Source: an uncultured beta proteobacterium (GTDB lineage Bacteria; Pseudomonadota; Gammaproteobacteria; Burkholderiales; Thiobacillaceae). From it: a stretch of 64,000 nt of DNA. Made by a program: the position numbers and the translations under genes. The notes under the pieces were generated by a model, which ran no database searches, was not told where the DNA came from, and saw only the letters and a list, made by a program, of their open reading frames with translations. The stretch covers positions 80,661-144,660 of the forward strand of contig CAVOSK010000006.1 in assembly GCA_963698855.1 (NCBI GenBank), written 5' to 3'. Shown one piece after another: positions 35,971 through 48,106 of this stretch. Each line of letters starts with the position of its first letter. The first letter of the stretch is position 1.

Positions 35971-36504
35971 ATGAAAAAGGATTTCCCGCTGGGCAAGGTT
36001 TACGGCCTGCTGGAGCCGGGGCCGGTGGTGCTGGTCACCACGACCCACAAAGGCAAGGCCAACATCATGACGCTGTCCTGGCACACCATGATGGAGTTCG
36101 AGCCGCCGCAGCTCGGGTGCGTGATCAGCGGCCGCAATGCCTCGTTCAACATGTTGCGCAAGTCGAGGGAATGCGTGATCAACATCCCGACGCAGGAACT
36201 GGCGAAGCAGGTGGTGGGCATCGGAAATAGCAGCGGCCGGACGATCGACAAGTTCTCCCGCTTCGGTCTTATGGCGGTCGACGCCGCCCGGGTGGGCGCG
36301 CCGCTGATCGCAGAATGCTATGCCAGCCTGGAATGCCGGGTGGCCGATACGCGGCTGGTGAACCGCTACAATTTCTTCATCCTCGAGGTGGTGCAGGCCT
36401 GGGTCGACCGCACGGTCAAAAAACCGCAGACCCTGCACCATCGCGGCAACGGCGAGTTCGTGGTGGCCGGCGAGACGATCCGGCTGCGCTCTGCGATGAA
36501 ATAG
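35971..36504 (+). CDS. Flavin reductase-like FMN-binding protein
   Basis: LEPGPVVLVTT, NIMTLSWH, APLIAECYASLECRV. Confidence 0.88.
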   Translation: MKKDFPLGKVYGLLEPGPVVLVTTTHKGKANIMTLSWHTMMEFEPPQLGCVISGRNASFNMLRKSRECVINIPTQELAKQVVGIGNSSGRTIDKFSRFGLMAVDAARVGAPLIAECYASLECRVADTRLVNRYNFFILEVVQAWVDRTVKKPQTLHHRGNGEFVVAGETIRLRSAMK

Positions 36505-36561
36505 CGCGACACGCTGCCTTGATGCGTCGGTCCGGCGCCAAGCTCGGGGATAATGCGCTGC

Positions 36562-37725
36562 ATGCATGCGGTTCCCTACTGGCGCTTGTCCGGCTTCTAT
36601 TTTTTCTACTTTGCCTTCGTCGGCGCGATGGCGCCGTTCTGGGGGCTGTACCTGCAGTCGCTGGCCTTTGACGCGTTTCAGATCGGCGTGCTGATGTCGC
36701 TGCTGCAGGTGATGCGGATATTCGCGCCCAATATCTGGGGGCATATTGCCGACCGTACCGGGCGCCGTACGGCGATCGTGCAGATTGCGGCGCTGGGCAG
36801 CGTGCTGGTGTTCGCCGGGGTTTTCGTCAGCGACGGTTTCTGGTGGCTGTTCGCGGTGATGGCGGCGCTGAGCTTTTTCTGGAGCGCCTCGTTGCCCTTG
36901 GTCGAGGCGATGACGCTGTCGCATCTGGGCGAGCGCACCGATACCTACGGCCGTATCCGCCTGTGGGGCTCGATCGGCTTCATCCTGGTGGTGGTGGGGC
37001 TGGGCTATGCCTTCGACCATGTGTCGATCGCCTGGCTGCCGTGGGCAGTGCTGGTGGTGATGCTGGGCATCGTCGCATTCGCCCGTGTGATTCCCGAGTC
37101 GGAGATCCTGCCGCACCCGACCGATCATCATTCGGTGTGGGAAATCGTCAAGCGGCCCGAGGTGGCCTCGCTGCTCGCCGCCTGCCTGCTGATGCAGGTG
37201 ACGCACGGGCCGTACTACACCTTTTATTCGATCTACCTGGTCGACCACGGCTACGACAAGTCCACCGTGGGCTGGCTGTGGGCGCTCGGCGTGCTGTGCG
37301 AAATCGGGATTTTCCTGATCATTCCGCGGATTTTCGCCCGGGTGACGCCGCGCCGACTGATCCTGGCGAGTTTCGCGCTGGCGGCGTTGCGCTTTCTGCT
37401 GATCGGATGGGGGGTGGAGCAGGCCTGGCTGGTGTGGGGGGCGCAGGCCTTGCATGCGTTCAGCTTCGGCACTTATCACGCCGCCGCGGTGGCGCTGATC
37501 CATCTGCATTTCCGCGGTCGCCACCAGGCGCGCGGGCAGGGGCTCTATACCAGCCTCTCCTACGGGATGGGCGGCACCATCGGCGGGCTTGCCAGCGGCA
37601 TGACCTGGGAGTCGCCCGGTCCGGCGTGGACGTTCACCCTGGCCGCCGTGAGCGCTGCGCTGGCGTGGGCGGTGTATGCCGTATGGGGGAATACAAAATC
37701 CGTGCCTGCACCCGGCAAGCTATGA
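36562..37725 (+). CDS. MFS transporter (MFS_1-like)
   Basis: About 12 TM segments; YGRIRLWGSIGF, GPYYTFYSIYL. Confidence 0.88.
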   Translation: MHAVPYWRLSGFYFFYFAFVGAMAPFWGLYLQSLAFDAFQIGVLMSLLQVMRIFAPNIWGHIADRTGRRTAIVQIAALGSVLVFAGVFVSDGFWWLFAVMAALSFFWSASLPLVEAMTLSHLGERTDTYGRIRLWGSIGFILVVVGLGYAFDHVSIAWLPWAVLVVMLGIVAFARVIPESEILPHPTDHHSVWEIVKRPEVASLLAACLLMQVTHGPYYTFYSIYLVDHGYDKSTVGWLWALGVLCEIGIFLIIPRIFARVTPRRLILASFALAALRFLLIGWGVEQAWLVWGAQALHAFSFGTYHAAAVALIHLHFRGRHQARGQGLYTSLSYGMGGTIGGLASGMTWESPGPAWTFTLAAVSAALAWAVYAVWGNTKSVPAPGKL

Positions 37726-37759
37726 AATAATTGTGTTTTCGCACTGATTGCCTGTTTGT

Positions 37760-39163
37760 ATGTCCGGCCAGACCTTATTCCAGAAATTGTGGGACGCCCA
37801 CGTCGTGCACGTCGAGGACGACGGCACCACGCTGCTCTACATCGACCGCCACCTGGTGCACGAAGTTACCAGCCCGCAGGCGTTCGAAGGGCTGAAGCTG
37901 GCCCACCGCACCCCGCGCCGGGTCGATGCCGCGATTGCCGTGCCCGACCACAACGTGCCGACCACCGACCGCTCGCAGGGCATCGCCGACCCGGTGTCTC
38001 GCCTGCAGGTGGAAACGCTCGACGCCAACTGCGCCGAATTCGGCATCACCGAATTCAAGATGGACGACATCCGCCAGGGCATCGTCCACGTCATCGGCCC
38101 CGAAGAGGGGCTGACGCTGCCCGGCATGACGGTTGTGTGCGGCGATTCGCATACCTCGACCCACGGCGCGTTCGGCGCGCTGGCGTTCGGCATCGGTACC
38201 TCCGAGGTCGAGCATGTGCTGGCCACGCAATGCCTGTGGCAGAAGCCGTCGAAGACCCTGCTGGTGAAAGTCGAGGGCGAACTCGGCAAAGGCGTGACGG
38301 CCAAGGACATCGCGCTCGCGATCATCTGCGAGATCGGCACCGCCGGCGGCACCGGCTATGCGCTCGAATTCGGTGGCTCGGCGATCCGCGCGCTGACGAT
38401 GGAAGGTCGCATGACGCTGTGCAACATGGCGATCGAGGCCGGCGCGCGCGCTGGCATGGTGGCGGTCGACCAGATCACCCTCGACTACGTCAAGGGCCGT
38501 CCTTACGCCCCCAAAGGCGCTGACTGGGACAAGGCGGTTGCGTGGTGGCGCACCCTGCATTCGGACCCTGACGCGGCGTTCGACCGCGTGGTCGAACTCG
38601 AAGCCGCGAAGATCGAGCCGCAAGTCACCTGGGGCACATCACCCGAGATGGTGACGACTGTTGGCGGCCGGGTGCCGGACCCGGCCGAGGCGCCGAATCA
38701 AGTCAAGCGGCACGACTGGACGCGCGCGCTGGAGTACATGGGGCTGCAGGGCGGCACGCCGATCACCGGGATCGCGGTGGACAAGGTATTCATTGGTTCC
38801 TGCACCAATTCGCGGATCGAGGACCTGCGCGAAGCCGCCAGCGTGGCGAAGGGACGCAAGGTCGCCCCCAATGTGAAGCTGGCACTGGTGGTGCCCGGCT
38901 CCGGGCTGGTCAAGCAGCAGGCCGAGGCCGAAGGGCTGGACAGGATTTTCACCGCGGCAGGCTTCGAATGGCGCGAACCGGGGTGCTCGATGTGCCTGGC
39001 GATGAACGCCGACCGGCTGGAGCCGGGCGAGCGCTGTGCCTCCACTTCCAACCGCAATTTCGAAGGCCGCCAAGGGCAGGGCGGGCGCACGCATCTGGTC
39101 AGCCCGGCGATGGCCGCTGCCGCCGCGTGTGCAGGACATTTTGTCGATGTACGGAATTTTTAG
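37760..39163 (+). CDS. leuC: 3-isopropylmalate dehydratase large subunit
   Basis: [50 protein letters not shown]. Confidence 0.98.
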   Translation: MSGQTLFQKLWDAHVVHVEDDGTTLLYIDRHLVHEVTSPQAFEGLKLAHRTPRRVDAAIAVPDHNVPTTDRSQGIADPVSRLQVETLDANCAEFGITEFKMDDIRQGIVHVIGPEEGLTLPGMTVVCGDSHTSTHGAFGALAFGIGTSEVEHVLATQCLWQKPSKTLLVKVEGELGKGVTAKDIALAIICEIGTAGGTGYALEFGGSAIRALTMEGRMTLCNMAIEAGARAGMVAVDQITLDYVKGRPYAPKGADWDKAVAWWRTLHSDPDAAFDRVVELEAAKIEPQVTWGTSPEMVTTVGGRVPDPAEAPNQVKRHDWTRALEYMGLQGGTPITGIAVDKVFIGSCTNSRIEDLREAASVAKGRKVAPNVKLALVVPGSGLVKQQAEAEGLDRIFTAAGFEWREPGCSMCLAMNADRLEPGERCASTSNRNFEGRQGQGGRTHLVSPAMAAAAACAGHFVDVRNF

Positions 39164-39172
39164 GAGAACGCC

Positions 39173-39295
39173 ATGAAACTACTGATAGCTCTTCTTCTGG
39201 CCTCGGCCTTTGCGCTCGCCGGTTGCAATACCGTGCAGGGCATGGGCAAGGATATCGAAAAGGCTGGTGAAACCATCCAGAAAGCCGGTAACTAG
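39173..39295 (+). CDS. Entericidin A/B family lipoprotein (40 aa; missing from the ORF track)
   Basis: [40 protein letters not shown] with AGGAG RBS. Confidence 0.9.
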   Translation: MKLLIALLLASAFALAGCNTVQGMGKDIEKAGETIQKAGN

Positions 39296-39296
39296 C

Positions 39297-39935
39297 GTGC
39301 TGGCGTTCACCACCCTCGACGGGCTGGCGGTGCCGCTCGACCGTGCCAACGTCGACACGGACGCCATCATCCCCAAACAGTTTCTGAAGTCGATCAAGCG
39401 CGCCGGCTTCGGCCCCAACCTGTTCGACGAATGGCGTTACCTCGACCACGGCGAGCCGGGCAAGCCGAATCACGACCGTCCGCTGAACCCGGATTTCGTG
39501 CTCAACCAGCCACGCTACCAGGACGCATCGGTGCTGCTGGCGCGCGAGAACTTCGGCTGTGGTTCCAGCCGGGAACACGCGCCGTGGGCGCTGGAGGATT
39601 ACGGGTTTCGTGCCATCATCGCACCGAGCTTTGCCGACATCTTCTACAACAATTGTTTCAAGAACGGCATCCTGCCGATCGTTCTCGACGCGGCACTGGT
39701 CGATCGCCTGTTCCGCGAGTGCGGCGCAATCGAGGGCTATGCCCTGACGGTAAATCTGGCCAAGCAGACGGTGACGACGCCCACCGGCGAAGAGATTCCT
39801 TTTGAAGTCGATGCGGGGCGCAAGCACCGCCTGCTGAACGGGCTGGACGATATCGGCCTTACCCTGCTGCAGGGCGACAAGATCAAGGCGTACGAGGAAC
39901 GGCGCAAGATCGAGGCGCCGTGGTTGTTTGCATGA
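39297..39935 (+). CDS. leuD: 3-isopropylmalate dehydratase small subunit
   Basis: [32 protein letters not shown]; GTG start. Confidence 0.97.
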   Translation: MLAFTTLDGLAVPLDRANVDTDAIIPKQFLKSIKRAGFGPNLFDEWRYLDHGEPGKPNHDRPLNPDFVLNQPRYQDASVLLARENFGCGSSREHAPWALEDYGFRAIIAPSFADIFYNNCFKNGILPIVLDAALVDRLFRECGAIEGYALTVNLAKQTVTTPTGEEIPFEVDAGRKHRLLNGLDDIGLTLLQGDKIKAYEERRKIEAPWLFA

Positions 39936-40027
39936 ATTTTAGATTCACAAAGTACACGTCCGGGCTTGTTTTGGGTAATCCGATTGTGAGCTTGGTGTCG
40001 ATTGTGGAAAGTTAAGGTTTCAAGAAC

Positions 40028-41089
40028 ATGAAAATTGCAGTCTTGCCGGGTGACGGCATCGGTCCGGAAATTGTTGCGCAGGCGCTCAAGATGCTGGAGG
40101 CGCTGCGTGCTGACGGCGCGAAAATCGAAATGGAAACCGCACCCATTGGCGGCGCCGGCTACGATGCGGCAGGCGATCCGTTGCCGGAAGCGACGCTCGC
40201 GCTCGCGCGTGAAGCCGATGCCGTATTGCTCGGCGCCGTCGGCGGTCCGCAATACGATGCACTCGATCGCCCGTTGCGTCCCGAACGCGGCCTCTTGCGT
40301 ATCCGCAAGGAACTCAATCTGTTCGCCAATCTGCGGCCGGCGCTGTTGTACCCTGAACTCGCGGGTGCGTCGTCGCTGAAGCCGGACGTGGTGTCCGGAC
40401 TGGATCTGATGATCGTGCGCGAATTGACCGGCGACGTGTATTTCGGCCAGCCGCGCGGCATCGAGATCAGGAACGGCGAGCGTGTCGGTTTCAACACCAT
40501 GCTGTATGCCGAATCCGAGGTGCGCCGGGTGGCGCATGTGGCGTTCGGCATCGCGATGAAGCGCGGCAGGAAGCTATGCTCGGTCGAAAAGGCCAACGTG
40601 CTGGAGTGCTCGGAACTGTGGAAGGAAGTGATGATCGAGGTGTCGAAGGACTACCCCGAGGTCGAACTCTCCCACATGTACGTCGACAACGCCGCGATGC
40701 AGTTGATCCGTGCGCCCAAGCAGTTCGACACCATCGTCACCGGCAACATCTTCGGCGACATCCTGTCGGACGCGGCGTCGATGCTGTCGGGCTCGATCGG
40801 CATGCTGCCGTCGGCCTCGCTCGACGAGCACAACAAGGGCATGTACGAGCCGATCCACGGCTCGGCACCCGACATCGCCGGCAAGAATCTGGCCAATCCG
40901 CTGGCGACGATCCTGTCAGTGGCAATGATGTACCGCTATACCCTGGCCGACCTGGCGACAGCCGACCGCATCGAGACCGCGGTGAAGAAGGTGATCGCGC
41001 AGGGCCTGCGTACCAGCGATATCTGGACCGAGGGTACGCAGAAAGTGTCCTGCAGCGAGATGGGCGATGCTGTGGTGAAGGCTTTGTGA
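40028..41089 (+). CDS. leuB: 3-isopropylmalate dehydrogenase
   Basis: [36 protein letters not shown]. Confidence 0.98.
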   Translation: MKIAVLPGDGIGPEIVAQALKMLEALRADGAKIEMETAPIGGAGYDAAGDPLPEATLALAREADAVLLGAVGGPQYDALDRPLRPERGLLRIRKELNLFANLRPALLYPELAGASSLKPDVVSGLDLMIVRELTGDVYFGQPRGIEIRNGERVGFNTMLYAESEVRRVAHVAFGIAMKRGRKLCSVEKANVLECSELWKEVMIEVSKDYPEVELSHMYVDNAAMQLIRAPKQFDTIVTGNIFGDILSDAASMLSGSIGMLPSASLDEHNKGMYEPIHGSAPDIAGKNLANPLATILSVAMMYRYTLADLATADRIETAVKKVIAQGLRTSDIWTEGTQKVSCSEMGDAVVKAL

Positions 41090-41095
41090 TTTTCT

Positions 41096-41159
41096 CCGCG
41101 AAGGACGCGAAGGCACGCGAAAGCGAAATTCGACTTCGTACACTTCGCATTCTTCGCGG
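41096..41159. repeat. Intergenic imperfect palindrome built from 9-nt CGCGAAG(GA) units
   Basis: CCGCGAAGGACGCGAAGGCACGCGAA ... TTCGTACACTTCGCATTCTTCGCGG. Confidence 0.65.
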
Positions 41160-41176
41160 ATAACGTTTTTCTGGAG

Positions 41177-42298
41177 ATGAACATGATGAAGGTAGGGTTG
41201 ATCGGCTGGCGCGGCATGGTGGGTTCCGTGCTGATGGGGCGCATGAAGGACGAGCGCGATTTCGACCACATCGAGCCGGTGTTCTTCACCACCTCGAACG
41301 TCGGCGGCAAGGGACCCGACATCGGCCGCGACGTGCCGCCGCTGAAGGATGCCAACAGCATCGACGACCTCAGGCTGTGCGACACCATCATCACCTGCCA
41401 GGGCGGCGACTACACCAAGGAGGTGTACCCGAAGCTGCGCGCGGCCGGCTGGAACGGCTACTGGATCGACGCCGCCTCGGCGCTGCGCATGAAGGACGAC
41501 GCCATCATCATCCTCGACCCGGTCAACAAGCAGGTGATCGAGGACGGCATCGCCAACGGCGTCAAGACCTACGTCGGCGGCAACTGCACGGTGTCGCTGA
41601 TGCTGATGGCGATGGGCGGGCTGTTCGACGCCGGGCTGGTCGAATGGGTGTCGCCGATGACCTACCAGGCCGCCTCCGGTGCCGGTGCGCGCAACATGCG
41701 CGAACTGATTGCCCAGATGGGCGCGGTGCATGCCGAGGTCATGGACCTGATCGCCGATCCAGCGTCGGCGATTCTCGAAATCGACCGCAAGGTGGCCGAT
41801 TTCATCCGCTCCGACCGCTATCCGGTCGACGCCTGGCCGGTGCCGCTGGCCGGCAACCTGATTCCATGGATCGACGTCGCGCTCGAATCCGGGCAGTCGA
41901 AGGAAGAATGGAAGGCACAGGTCGAGGCCAACAAGATCATGCGCCGCAGCGACAAGCCGATCCCCATCGACGGCCTGTGCGTGCGCGTCGGCGCGATGCG
42001 CTGCCACTCGCAGGCGCTCACCATCAAGCTGACGAAGGATGTGCCGCTCGCCGACATCCACAGCCTGATCGCCGCCCACAACCAGTGGGTGAAAGTGGTG
42101 CCGAACGACCGTGAGATCACCATGCGCGAACTGACCCCGGCGGCGGTGACCGGCACCCTCACGGTGCCGATCGGCCGCATGCGCAAGCTCAACATGGGGC
42201 CCGAGTATCTGACCGCGTTCACGGTGGGCGACCAGCTGCTGTGGGGGGCAGCCGAACCCTTGCGCCGGATGCTGCGGATATTGCTGGAAGCCGCATGA
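41177..42298 (+). CDS. asd: Aspartate-semialdehyde dehydrogenase
   Basis: [41 protein letters not shown]. Confidence 0.98.
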   Translation: MNMMKVGLIGWRGMVGSVLMGRMKDERDFDHIEPVFFTTSNVGGKGPDIGRDVPPLKDANSIDDLRLCDTIITCQGGDYTKEVYPKLRAAGWNGYWIDAASALRMKDDAIIILDPVNKQVIEDGIANGVKTYVGGNCTVSLMLMAMGGLFDAGLVEWVSPMTYQAASGAGARNMRELIAQMGAVHAEVMDLIADPASAILEIDRKVADFIRSDRYPVDAWPVPLAGNLIPWIDVALESGQSKEEWKAQVEANKIMRRSDKPIPIDGLCVRVGAMRCHSQALTIKLTKDVPLADIHSLIAAHNQWVKVVPNDREITMRELTPAAVTGTLTVPIGRMRKLNMGPEYLTAFTVGDQLLWGAAEPLRRMLRILLEAA

Positions 42299-42428
42299 AC
42301 GCTTGGATGTGAAGGATAAAACCGCGGCTGGTGCGATTGTTGCTCTAAAGATTGCGCCCGGCGAGCCGTCAATAGTCACGTCAAGGATTCAACAGCCCCG
42401 CAAGACGGGGCAAACAGGGAGAAACGGG

Positions 42429-44846
42429 ATGAAATTGAAGCGCTTCACCATCCAACTGGTGGCTGCTGGTCTGATCGCCGTGCCGCTGACGGCGAACGCC
42501 GCAGGACTGGGCAAGCTGTCGGTTACCTCGGCGCTGGGCCAGCCGCTTGCAGCCGAGATCGAGCTGTTTGCGGCAGACAAGGCCGAGCTCGACAGCCTGA
42601 CGGCCAGTCTGGCCGCCGATCAGGCTTTTCGTGATGCGCGCGTCGATTACGCTCCGGTTCTGACTTCCCTGCGCTTTACGGTCGAGAAGAAACCGGATGG
42701 CAAGGCTGTGCTGAAAGTGACCTCCAGCCGGCCGATCAACGATCCCTTCATCGACATGCTGGTCGAGCTGAGTTGGGCGTCGGGACGGCTGGTTCGCGAA
42801 TATACGATGCTGCTTGATCCGCCTGGCATGGCCACATCGCAAACTGTAACGCCGGTGGCGGTCGTATTGCCGCCTCAAGCAGCCGTTGCCAAACCGACGA
42901 CCGCTGCCAAGCCTGTCGCGGCCGCCCAAGCGCCAATGACGTCTGCGCCCGCAGCGCCCAAATCCCCGACCCCCGCACGCACGCAGCCGTCTGCTTCGAA
43001 GATGGACGCCGCGCCGGACAGCATTACGGTCAAACGCGGTGACACTTTGGTCGGCATCGCCAATCGTGTGAAAACTGAAGGCGTCAGCCTGGAACAGACT
43101 CTGCTCGGACTGTATCGGGATAATGCCCAGGCTTTTAATGGCAACATGAACCGCCTGAAAGCTGGCAAGACCCTCAGCCTGCCGTCGGCAGAGCAATTGG
43201 CGGCTATTACGCAGAAAGAAGCCTTGCGTGAAATCAAGCTGCAGGCGGAAGACTGGCGCGCCTATCGACAGAAATTGGCCGCGGCCGTGAGTACTGCGCC
43301 TGACGCCAAGGCTGCTCCGGATCAGGCCAGCAGCGGCAAGATCACCCCCAAGGTGGAAGATCGCGCCAAGCCGGCACCCGATGCACAGAAGGATGTGCTG
43401 AAACTCTCCAAGTCCACTTCGTCCTCTGCCGAGGCTGCAGCCAAGGCAGGCGAGGCACGCGCCCTGCAAGAGAAATTGCGCGCCCAGGAAGAAGACGCAA
43501 CCGCACGTGAAAAGGCGCTTAAGGAATCGGATCAGCGCGTGGCCATGCTGGAAAAGCAGGTTCAGGACATGCAGCAGCTGGTCGAGATGAAGGAAAAGGC
43601 ACAACTCGAGGCCCCGGTTGCCCCGCTTCCTTCCGAAGCAAAACAGGCCCCTCCGATTGCCCCGGTGGTCAAGGCGCCAGCAGCCAGCACCGAAACCGCA
43701 GAAAGCTGGTTTGCACCTCTGTTGGCCAACCCTATGTATTGGGGTGGCGGTCTTGCCGCACTCGGGCTGGGAGGCGTGCTGTGGTGGATGATGGCAGGTG
43801 GTGGTCGCCGCCGCAAAGGCAGCGGTGCATCGCTCGATGACAGCATCATGAGCGGTGGTGACGTTCGTCCGAATACCGTTATCGGTGCTGCATCAGGTGG
43901 CAGTGTCAACACTGGCGATACCTCATTCCTCACCGATTTCAGTCAGGCAGGATTGGGCAGCATCGACACGCATGACGTCGATCCCATTGCCGAAGCCGAG
44001 GTCTACATGGCCTACGGGCGTGATGCTCAGGCCGAGGAAATTCTCAAGGAGGCGGTCGGCAAGAATCCGGACCGCCACGAGATTCGCGTCAAGCTGCTCG
44101 AAATCTACGCTGCACGGCGCAACACCGCGGCGTTCGAATCAGTTGCCGGCGAACTTTACGCCGCGCTTGGCAGCAAGCAAAGCCCGCTATGGGACAAGGC
44201 CTGTGAAATGGGCCGCAGCATTGATCCGACCAACCCACTGTATGGCGGGGTGCAGTCCGGCGCGGCTACGGCTGCCACAGCGGCAGCAACGGTGGCTGCC
44301 ACCGATGCGGTTGCTGGCGGGGCGATGGCGTTTGCGGACGAACAGGCCGCAGCCCCGACCGAATTCGCACCCATGGACGCTCCCGTGTCTGAACCCGAGC
44401 CCGAGACCGAGCAGAACCCCATGACAGCCGGGGCACCGCTGGAGTTCGAGTCGGCAGGCCATGTGCTCAATTTCGACACACAACCCGAGGTGGCGGCAAC
44501 GCCCGCTTCGGGCTACGTGGAAATGGACACCCAGGGGCTCGATTTCGACTTGCCTGACCTGGAACTGCCGTCTACTCAGGACGACACGCTGAAGCTCGAC
44601 CTGGGTCTGGAGGAAGACAACGGCCCGGACAGCAAATTCGATTTCAGCGGCCTCGACCTCGACCTCGGCGATACCGGCGGCAACGATCTCGAACTCGACG
44701 AAGTCGGCACCAAGCTCGACCTCGCGCGCGCCTATGTCGAAATGGGCGACAAGGAAGGCGCGCGTGAAATTCTCAACGAAGTGCTGGCCGAGGGCGGCGA
44801 GAGGCAGAAGGCCGACGCGAAGGGCATGTTGAGTTCGCTTGGCTGA
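42429..44846 (+). CDS. fimV: FimV/HubP polar landmark protein
   Basis: GLGKLSVTSALGQPL, LysM (VKRGDTL), VDPIAEAEVYMAYGR, KLDLARAYVEMGDKEGARE. Confidence 0.93.
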   Translation: MKLKRFTIQLVAAGLIAVPLTANAAGLGKLSVTSALGQPLAAEIELFAADKAELDSLTASLAADQAFRDARVDYAPVLTSLRFTVEKKPDGKAVLKVTSSRPINDPFIDMLVELSWASGRLVREYTMLLDPPGMATSQTVTPVAVVLPPQAAVAKPTTAAKPVAAAQAPMTSAPAAPKSPTPARTQPSASKMDAAPDSITVKRGDTLVGIANRVKTEGVSLEQTLLGLYRDNAQAFNGNMNRLKAGKTLSLPSAEQLAAITQKEALREIKLQAEDWRAYRQKLAAAVSTAPDAKAAPDQASSGKITPKVEDRAKPAPDAQKDVLKLSKSTSSSAEAAAKAGEARALQEKLRAQEEDATAREKALKESDQRVAMLEKQVQDMQQLVEMKEKAQLEAPVAPLPSEAKQAPPIAPVVKAPAASTETAESWFAPLLANPMYWGGGLAALGLGGVLWWMMAGGGRRRKGSGASLDDSIMSGGDVRPNTVIGAASGGSVNTGDTSFLTDFSQAGLGSIDTHDVDPIAEAEVYMAYGRDAQAEEILKEAVGKNPDRHEIRVKLLEIYAARRNTAAFESVAGELYAALGSKQSPLWDKACEMGRSIDPTNPLYGGVQSGAATAATAAATVAATDAVAGGAMAFADEQAAAPTEFAPMDAPVSEPEPETEQNPMTAGAPLEFESAGHVLNFDTQPEVAATPASGYVEMDTQGLDFDLPDLELPSTQDDTLKLDLGLEEDNGPDSKFDFSGLDLDLGDTGGNDLELDEVGTKLDLARAYVEMGDKEGAREILNEVLAEGGERQKADAKGMLSSLG

Positions 44847-45453
44847 GTTTCCCCATCCGGCTGCCCGCATCCTGTTGTGGTGCGGGTGGGCTGTGGCGGT
44901 GGAACGCGCCGCCTTGCCCCTGCTTCCCATCCTGGCCGTCGCATCCGCGACGGCCTTTCTGTTTGCGTCTGCACGTATCCAGTTGCTGATATTGCTGCGC
45001 CGGACGCGCTGGCTGATGGTCGTGCTGTTGTTGACCTATGCCTATGTCCTGCCGGGAACCCTAGTTTGGCCGTCACTGGAATGGGCCAGTCCGTCCGCCG
45101 TAGGTTTGTGGCAGGGCACACTGCGTGTCGGACGGCTGCTGCTGATGCTGGCCGGGCTGGCGGTGCTGCTGGCGTACACGCCGCGCCCGCGACTGATCTA
45201 CGGCCTGTATGTGCTGGCCAGGCCGCTGACCTGGATCGGCTTTGACCGGCGCGCCTTCGCGGTGCGCCTGGGGCTGACGCTGGACTATGTCGAACACGCG
45301 CCGAAACCGGTGCGCTGGCTGGATGCCCTGCACGCGCCGCTACCGGACGACGCGGAACCTGACAGCTACACGCTGCATGCCGAGCGCTGGCAAGCACGCG
45401 ACAGCGCCGTCATACTCGCGGCCGTGCTCCTGGTGGGTATCGTACTGGCATGA
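44839..45453 (+). CDS. EcfT/CbiQ-like membrane protein (orphan)
   Basis: Hydrophobic protein with LLRRTRWL and RAFAVRLGLTLDY motifs. Confidence 0.6.
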   Translation: MAEFPHPAARILLWCGWAVAVERAALPLLPILAVASATAFLFASARIQLLILLRRTRWLMVVLLLTYAYVLPGTLVWPSLEWASPSAVGLWQGTLRVGRLLLMLAGLAVLLAYTPRPRLIYGLYVLARPLTWIGFDRRAFAVRLGLTLDYVEHAPKPVRWLDALHAPLPDDAEPDSYTLHAERWQARDSAVILAAVLLVGIVLA

Positions 45454-45481
45454 GGCCGGGTTGAAATGAGGCCAAGTTGAA

Positions 45482-46261
45482 ATGAGAGTCGTGGTGGGTC
45501 TGGAATACCGTGGCGTCGGATTTTGCGGCTGGCAGTCGCAGCCGCAGGGCTGCGGCGTGCAGGACGCGCTGCAAACGGCGCTGGCGGCGATTGCCGGCGA
45601 ACGGATCGTCGTCACCGCAGCCGGGCGCACCGACACCGGGGTGCACGCGGCGTTCCAGGTGGCGCATTTCGATACCCATGTGAAGCGTCCGCTCAGCGCC
45701 TGGGTGCGAGGCGTCAACAGCCATCTGCCGCCGAGCGTGGCGGTGCTGTGGGCTCGCGAGGTGGACGAGGATTTCCACGCCCGCTTTGCCGCTACCCAGC
45801 GCGGTTACCGCTACGTCCTGCTGAATCATCCGGTGCGGCCGGGGCTCGATCAGGGCCTGATCGGCTGGCACCACCGTCCGCTCGATGCCGATGCGATGAA
45901 CCGGGCGGCGGCGCACCTGATCGGACAGCATGACTTCTCCGCGTTCCGCGCCGCCGAATGCCAGGCCAGGTCGCCGGTCAAGGAACTCCGCCTAGCCCGG
46001 ATCGAGCGGCGCGGCGATTATCTGCTATGCGATTTTCGCGCCGACGGTTTCCTGCACCACATGGTGCGCAACCTGATGGGCTGCCTCGTCCACATCGGCA
46101 ACGGCGCGCAGCCGCCCGAGTGGATGAACGAGATCCTGGCCGGCCGCGACCGCACCCGCGCCGCACCGACCTTCGACGCCGCCGGCCTGTATCTCAGCCA
46201 CATCCGGTATCCTGCGCACTTTGCCTTGCCGGAAACCTCTGAAAGATGGCTGTACGCGTAA
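45482..46261 (+). CDS. truA: tRNA pseudouridine(38-40) synthase
   Basis: [23 protein letters not shown]. Confidence 0.97.
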   Translation: MRVVVGLEYRGVGFCGWQSQPQGCGVQDALQTALAAIAGERIVVTAAGRTDTGVHAAFQVAHFDTHVKRPLSAWVRGVNSHLPPSVAVLWAREVDEDFHARFAATQRGYRYVLLNHPVRPGLDQGLIGWHHRPLDADAMNRAAAHLIGQHDFSAFRAAECQARSPVKELRLARIERRGDYLLCDFRADGFLHHMVRNLMGCLVHIGNGAQPPEWMNEILAGRDRTRAAPTFDAAGLYLSHIRYPAHFALPETSERWLYA

Positions 46262-46866
46262 AAATCTGCGGCATCACCCGGGAACAGGATCTGCACGCCG
46301 CCTGCGACGCTGGCGCGGATGCGCTGGGTTTTGTGTTCTTTGAAACAAGCCCGCGCAACGTGACAACCATGGCCGCAGCCGCGCTGGTGCGCCAACTGCC
46401 GCCCTTCGTGCAATCGGTCGGCCTGTTCGTCAATGCCGCCCCGGCGTTCATCGAAGCCGTGCTGAGGGCCGTCCCGCTCGATCTGCTGCAGTTCCATGGC
46501 GACGAGACAGCGGCCGACTGCGCGCGCCATGGCCGGCCCTATATCAAGGCGGTGCGCGTCAATCGGGACACGGATTTGCTAAAATGCGCGGCTGACTTTG
46601 CAAATGCACGCGGCCTGCTGCTCGATGCCTATGTGCCGGGCGTGCCGGGCGGCACCGGTGAACGCTTCGACTGGAGCCTGATCCCGGACGGCTTGCCCAT
46701 GCCGATCGTCCTGTCCGGCGGGCTCGCGCCGGACAACGTCAGCGAGGCGGTCGAGCAGGTTAAGCCATGGGCGGTAGACGTGTCTTCCGGCGTCGAAATG
46801 GCAAAAGGCATCAAGGACGCGCACAAGATTGCGCAATTCATTGCGAAAGCGAAAAAAGCATCATGA
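46246..46866 (+). CDS. trpF: Phosphoribosylanthranilate isomerase
   Basis: [30 protein letters not shown]. Confidence 0.97.
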   Translation: MAVRVKICGITREQDLHAACDAGADALGFVFFETSPRNVTTMAAAALVRQLPPFVQSVGLFVNAAPAFIEAVLRAVPLDLLQFHGDETAADCARHGRPYIKAVRVNRDTDLLKCAADFANARGLLLDAYVPGVPGGTGERFDWSLIPDGLPMPIVLSGGLAPDNVSEAVEQVKPWAVDVSSGVEMAKGIKDAHKIAQFIAKAKKAS

Positions 46867-48062
46867 AGCTGACTGATCTCCCGGATTCTCACGGCCACTT
46901 CGGCCCCTACGGCGGCATCTTCGTCGCCGAAACGCTGATGGCCGCGCTGGAGGAACTGCGCGTCGAGTACGACAAGGCACGCCAGGATCCCGCCTTCATG
47001 GCCGAGTTCGAATACGAACTCAAACATTATGTCGGCCGTCCGAGCCCGATCTACCATGCCAGGCGGCTGTCCGAACAATATGGCGGCGCGCAGATCTACC
47101 TCAAGCGCGAAGACCTCAACCACACCGGCGCGCACAAGATCAACAACACCATCGGCCAGGCGCTGCTGGCGCGGCGCATGGGCAAGAAGCGCGTCATCGC
47201 CGAAACCGGCGCCGGCCAGCACGGCGTCGCCTCGGCCACGGTGGCCGCGCGCTACGGCATGGAGTGCGTGGTCTACATGGGCGCCGAAGACGTCGAGCGC
47301 CAGGCGCCCAACGTCTTTCGCATGAAGCTGCTGGGCGCGACAGTCGTGCCGGTGTCGTCGGGCTCGAAGACGCTGAAGGATGCGCTCAACGAGGCGATGC
47401 GCGACTGGGTGACCAACGTCGAATCCACCTTCTACATCCTCGGCACCGCCGCCGGCCCGCATCCGTATCCCATGCTGGTGCGCGACTTCCAGTGCGTGAT
47501 CGGCCGCGAATGCCTCGTCCAGATGCCCGAGCTGACCGGTCGCCAGCCGGATGCCGTGATCGCCTGCGTCGGCGGCGGTTCCAACGCCATTGGCATCTTC
47601 CACCCCTATATTCCGGATGAGAGCGTGCGACTGATCGGCGTCGAAGCCGGCGGTTCCGGCATCGCCAGCGGCAAGCACGCCGCGCCGCTGTCGGCGGGAA
47701 CCCCGGGCGTGCTCCACGGCTTCCGCAGCTACCTGATGCAGGACGACAATGGCCAGATCATCGAAACCCATTCGGTTTCAGCGGGCCTCGACTATCCAGG
47801 CGTCGGCCCCGAGCACAGTTACCTGAAGGACAGCGGGCGCGCCGAATACGTCGCCATCGACGATGACGAGGCCATGGCCGCTTTCCACGACCTGTGCCGT
47901 CTCGAAGGCATCATTCCAGCGCTCGAATCCAGCCATGCCGTCGCTCATGCCAAAAAACTCGCGCCGACGCTAGGCAAGGACCAGATCATCCTGGTCAACC
48001 TGTCCGGGCGCGGCGACAAGGACATCAATACCGTGGCCAAGGTGTCCGGGATTACGCTCTAA
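46863..48062 (+). CDS. trpB: Tryptophan synthase beta chain
   Basis: [41 protein letters not shown]. Confidence 0.98.
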   Translation: MKLTDLPDSHGHFGPYGGIFVAETLMAALEELRVEYDKARQDPAFMAEFEYELKHYVGRPSPIYHARRLSEQYGGAQIYLKREDLNHTGAHKINNTIGQALLARRMGKKRVIAETGAGQHGVASATVAARYGMECVVYMGAEDVERQAPNVFRMKLLGATVVPVSSGSKTLKDALNEAMRDWVTNVESTFYILGTAAGPHPYPMLVRDFQCVIGRECLVQMPELTGRQPDAVIACVGGGSNAIGIFHPYIPDESVRLIGVEAGGSGIASGKHAAPLSAGTPGVLHGFRSYLMQDDNGQIIETHSVSAGLDYPGVGPEHSYLKDSGRAEYVAIDDDEAMAAFHDLCRLEGIIPALESSHAVAHAKKLAPTLGKDQIILVNLSGRGDKDINTVAKVSGITL

Positions 48063-48106
48063 ACCCTGTCGTCAGCCTATTTGAATCGTTTCCAGAAGAC
48101 AAAATC

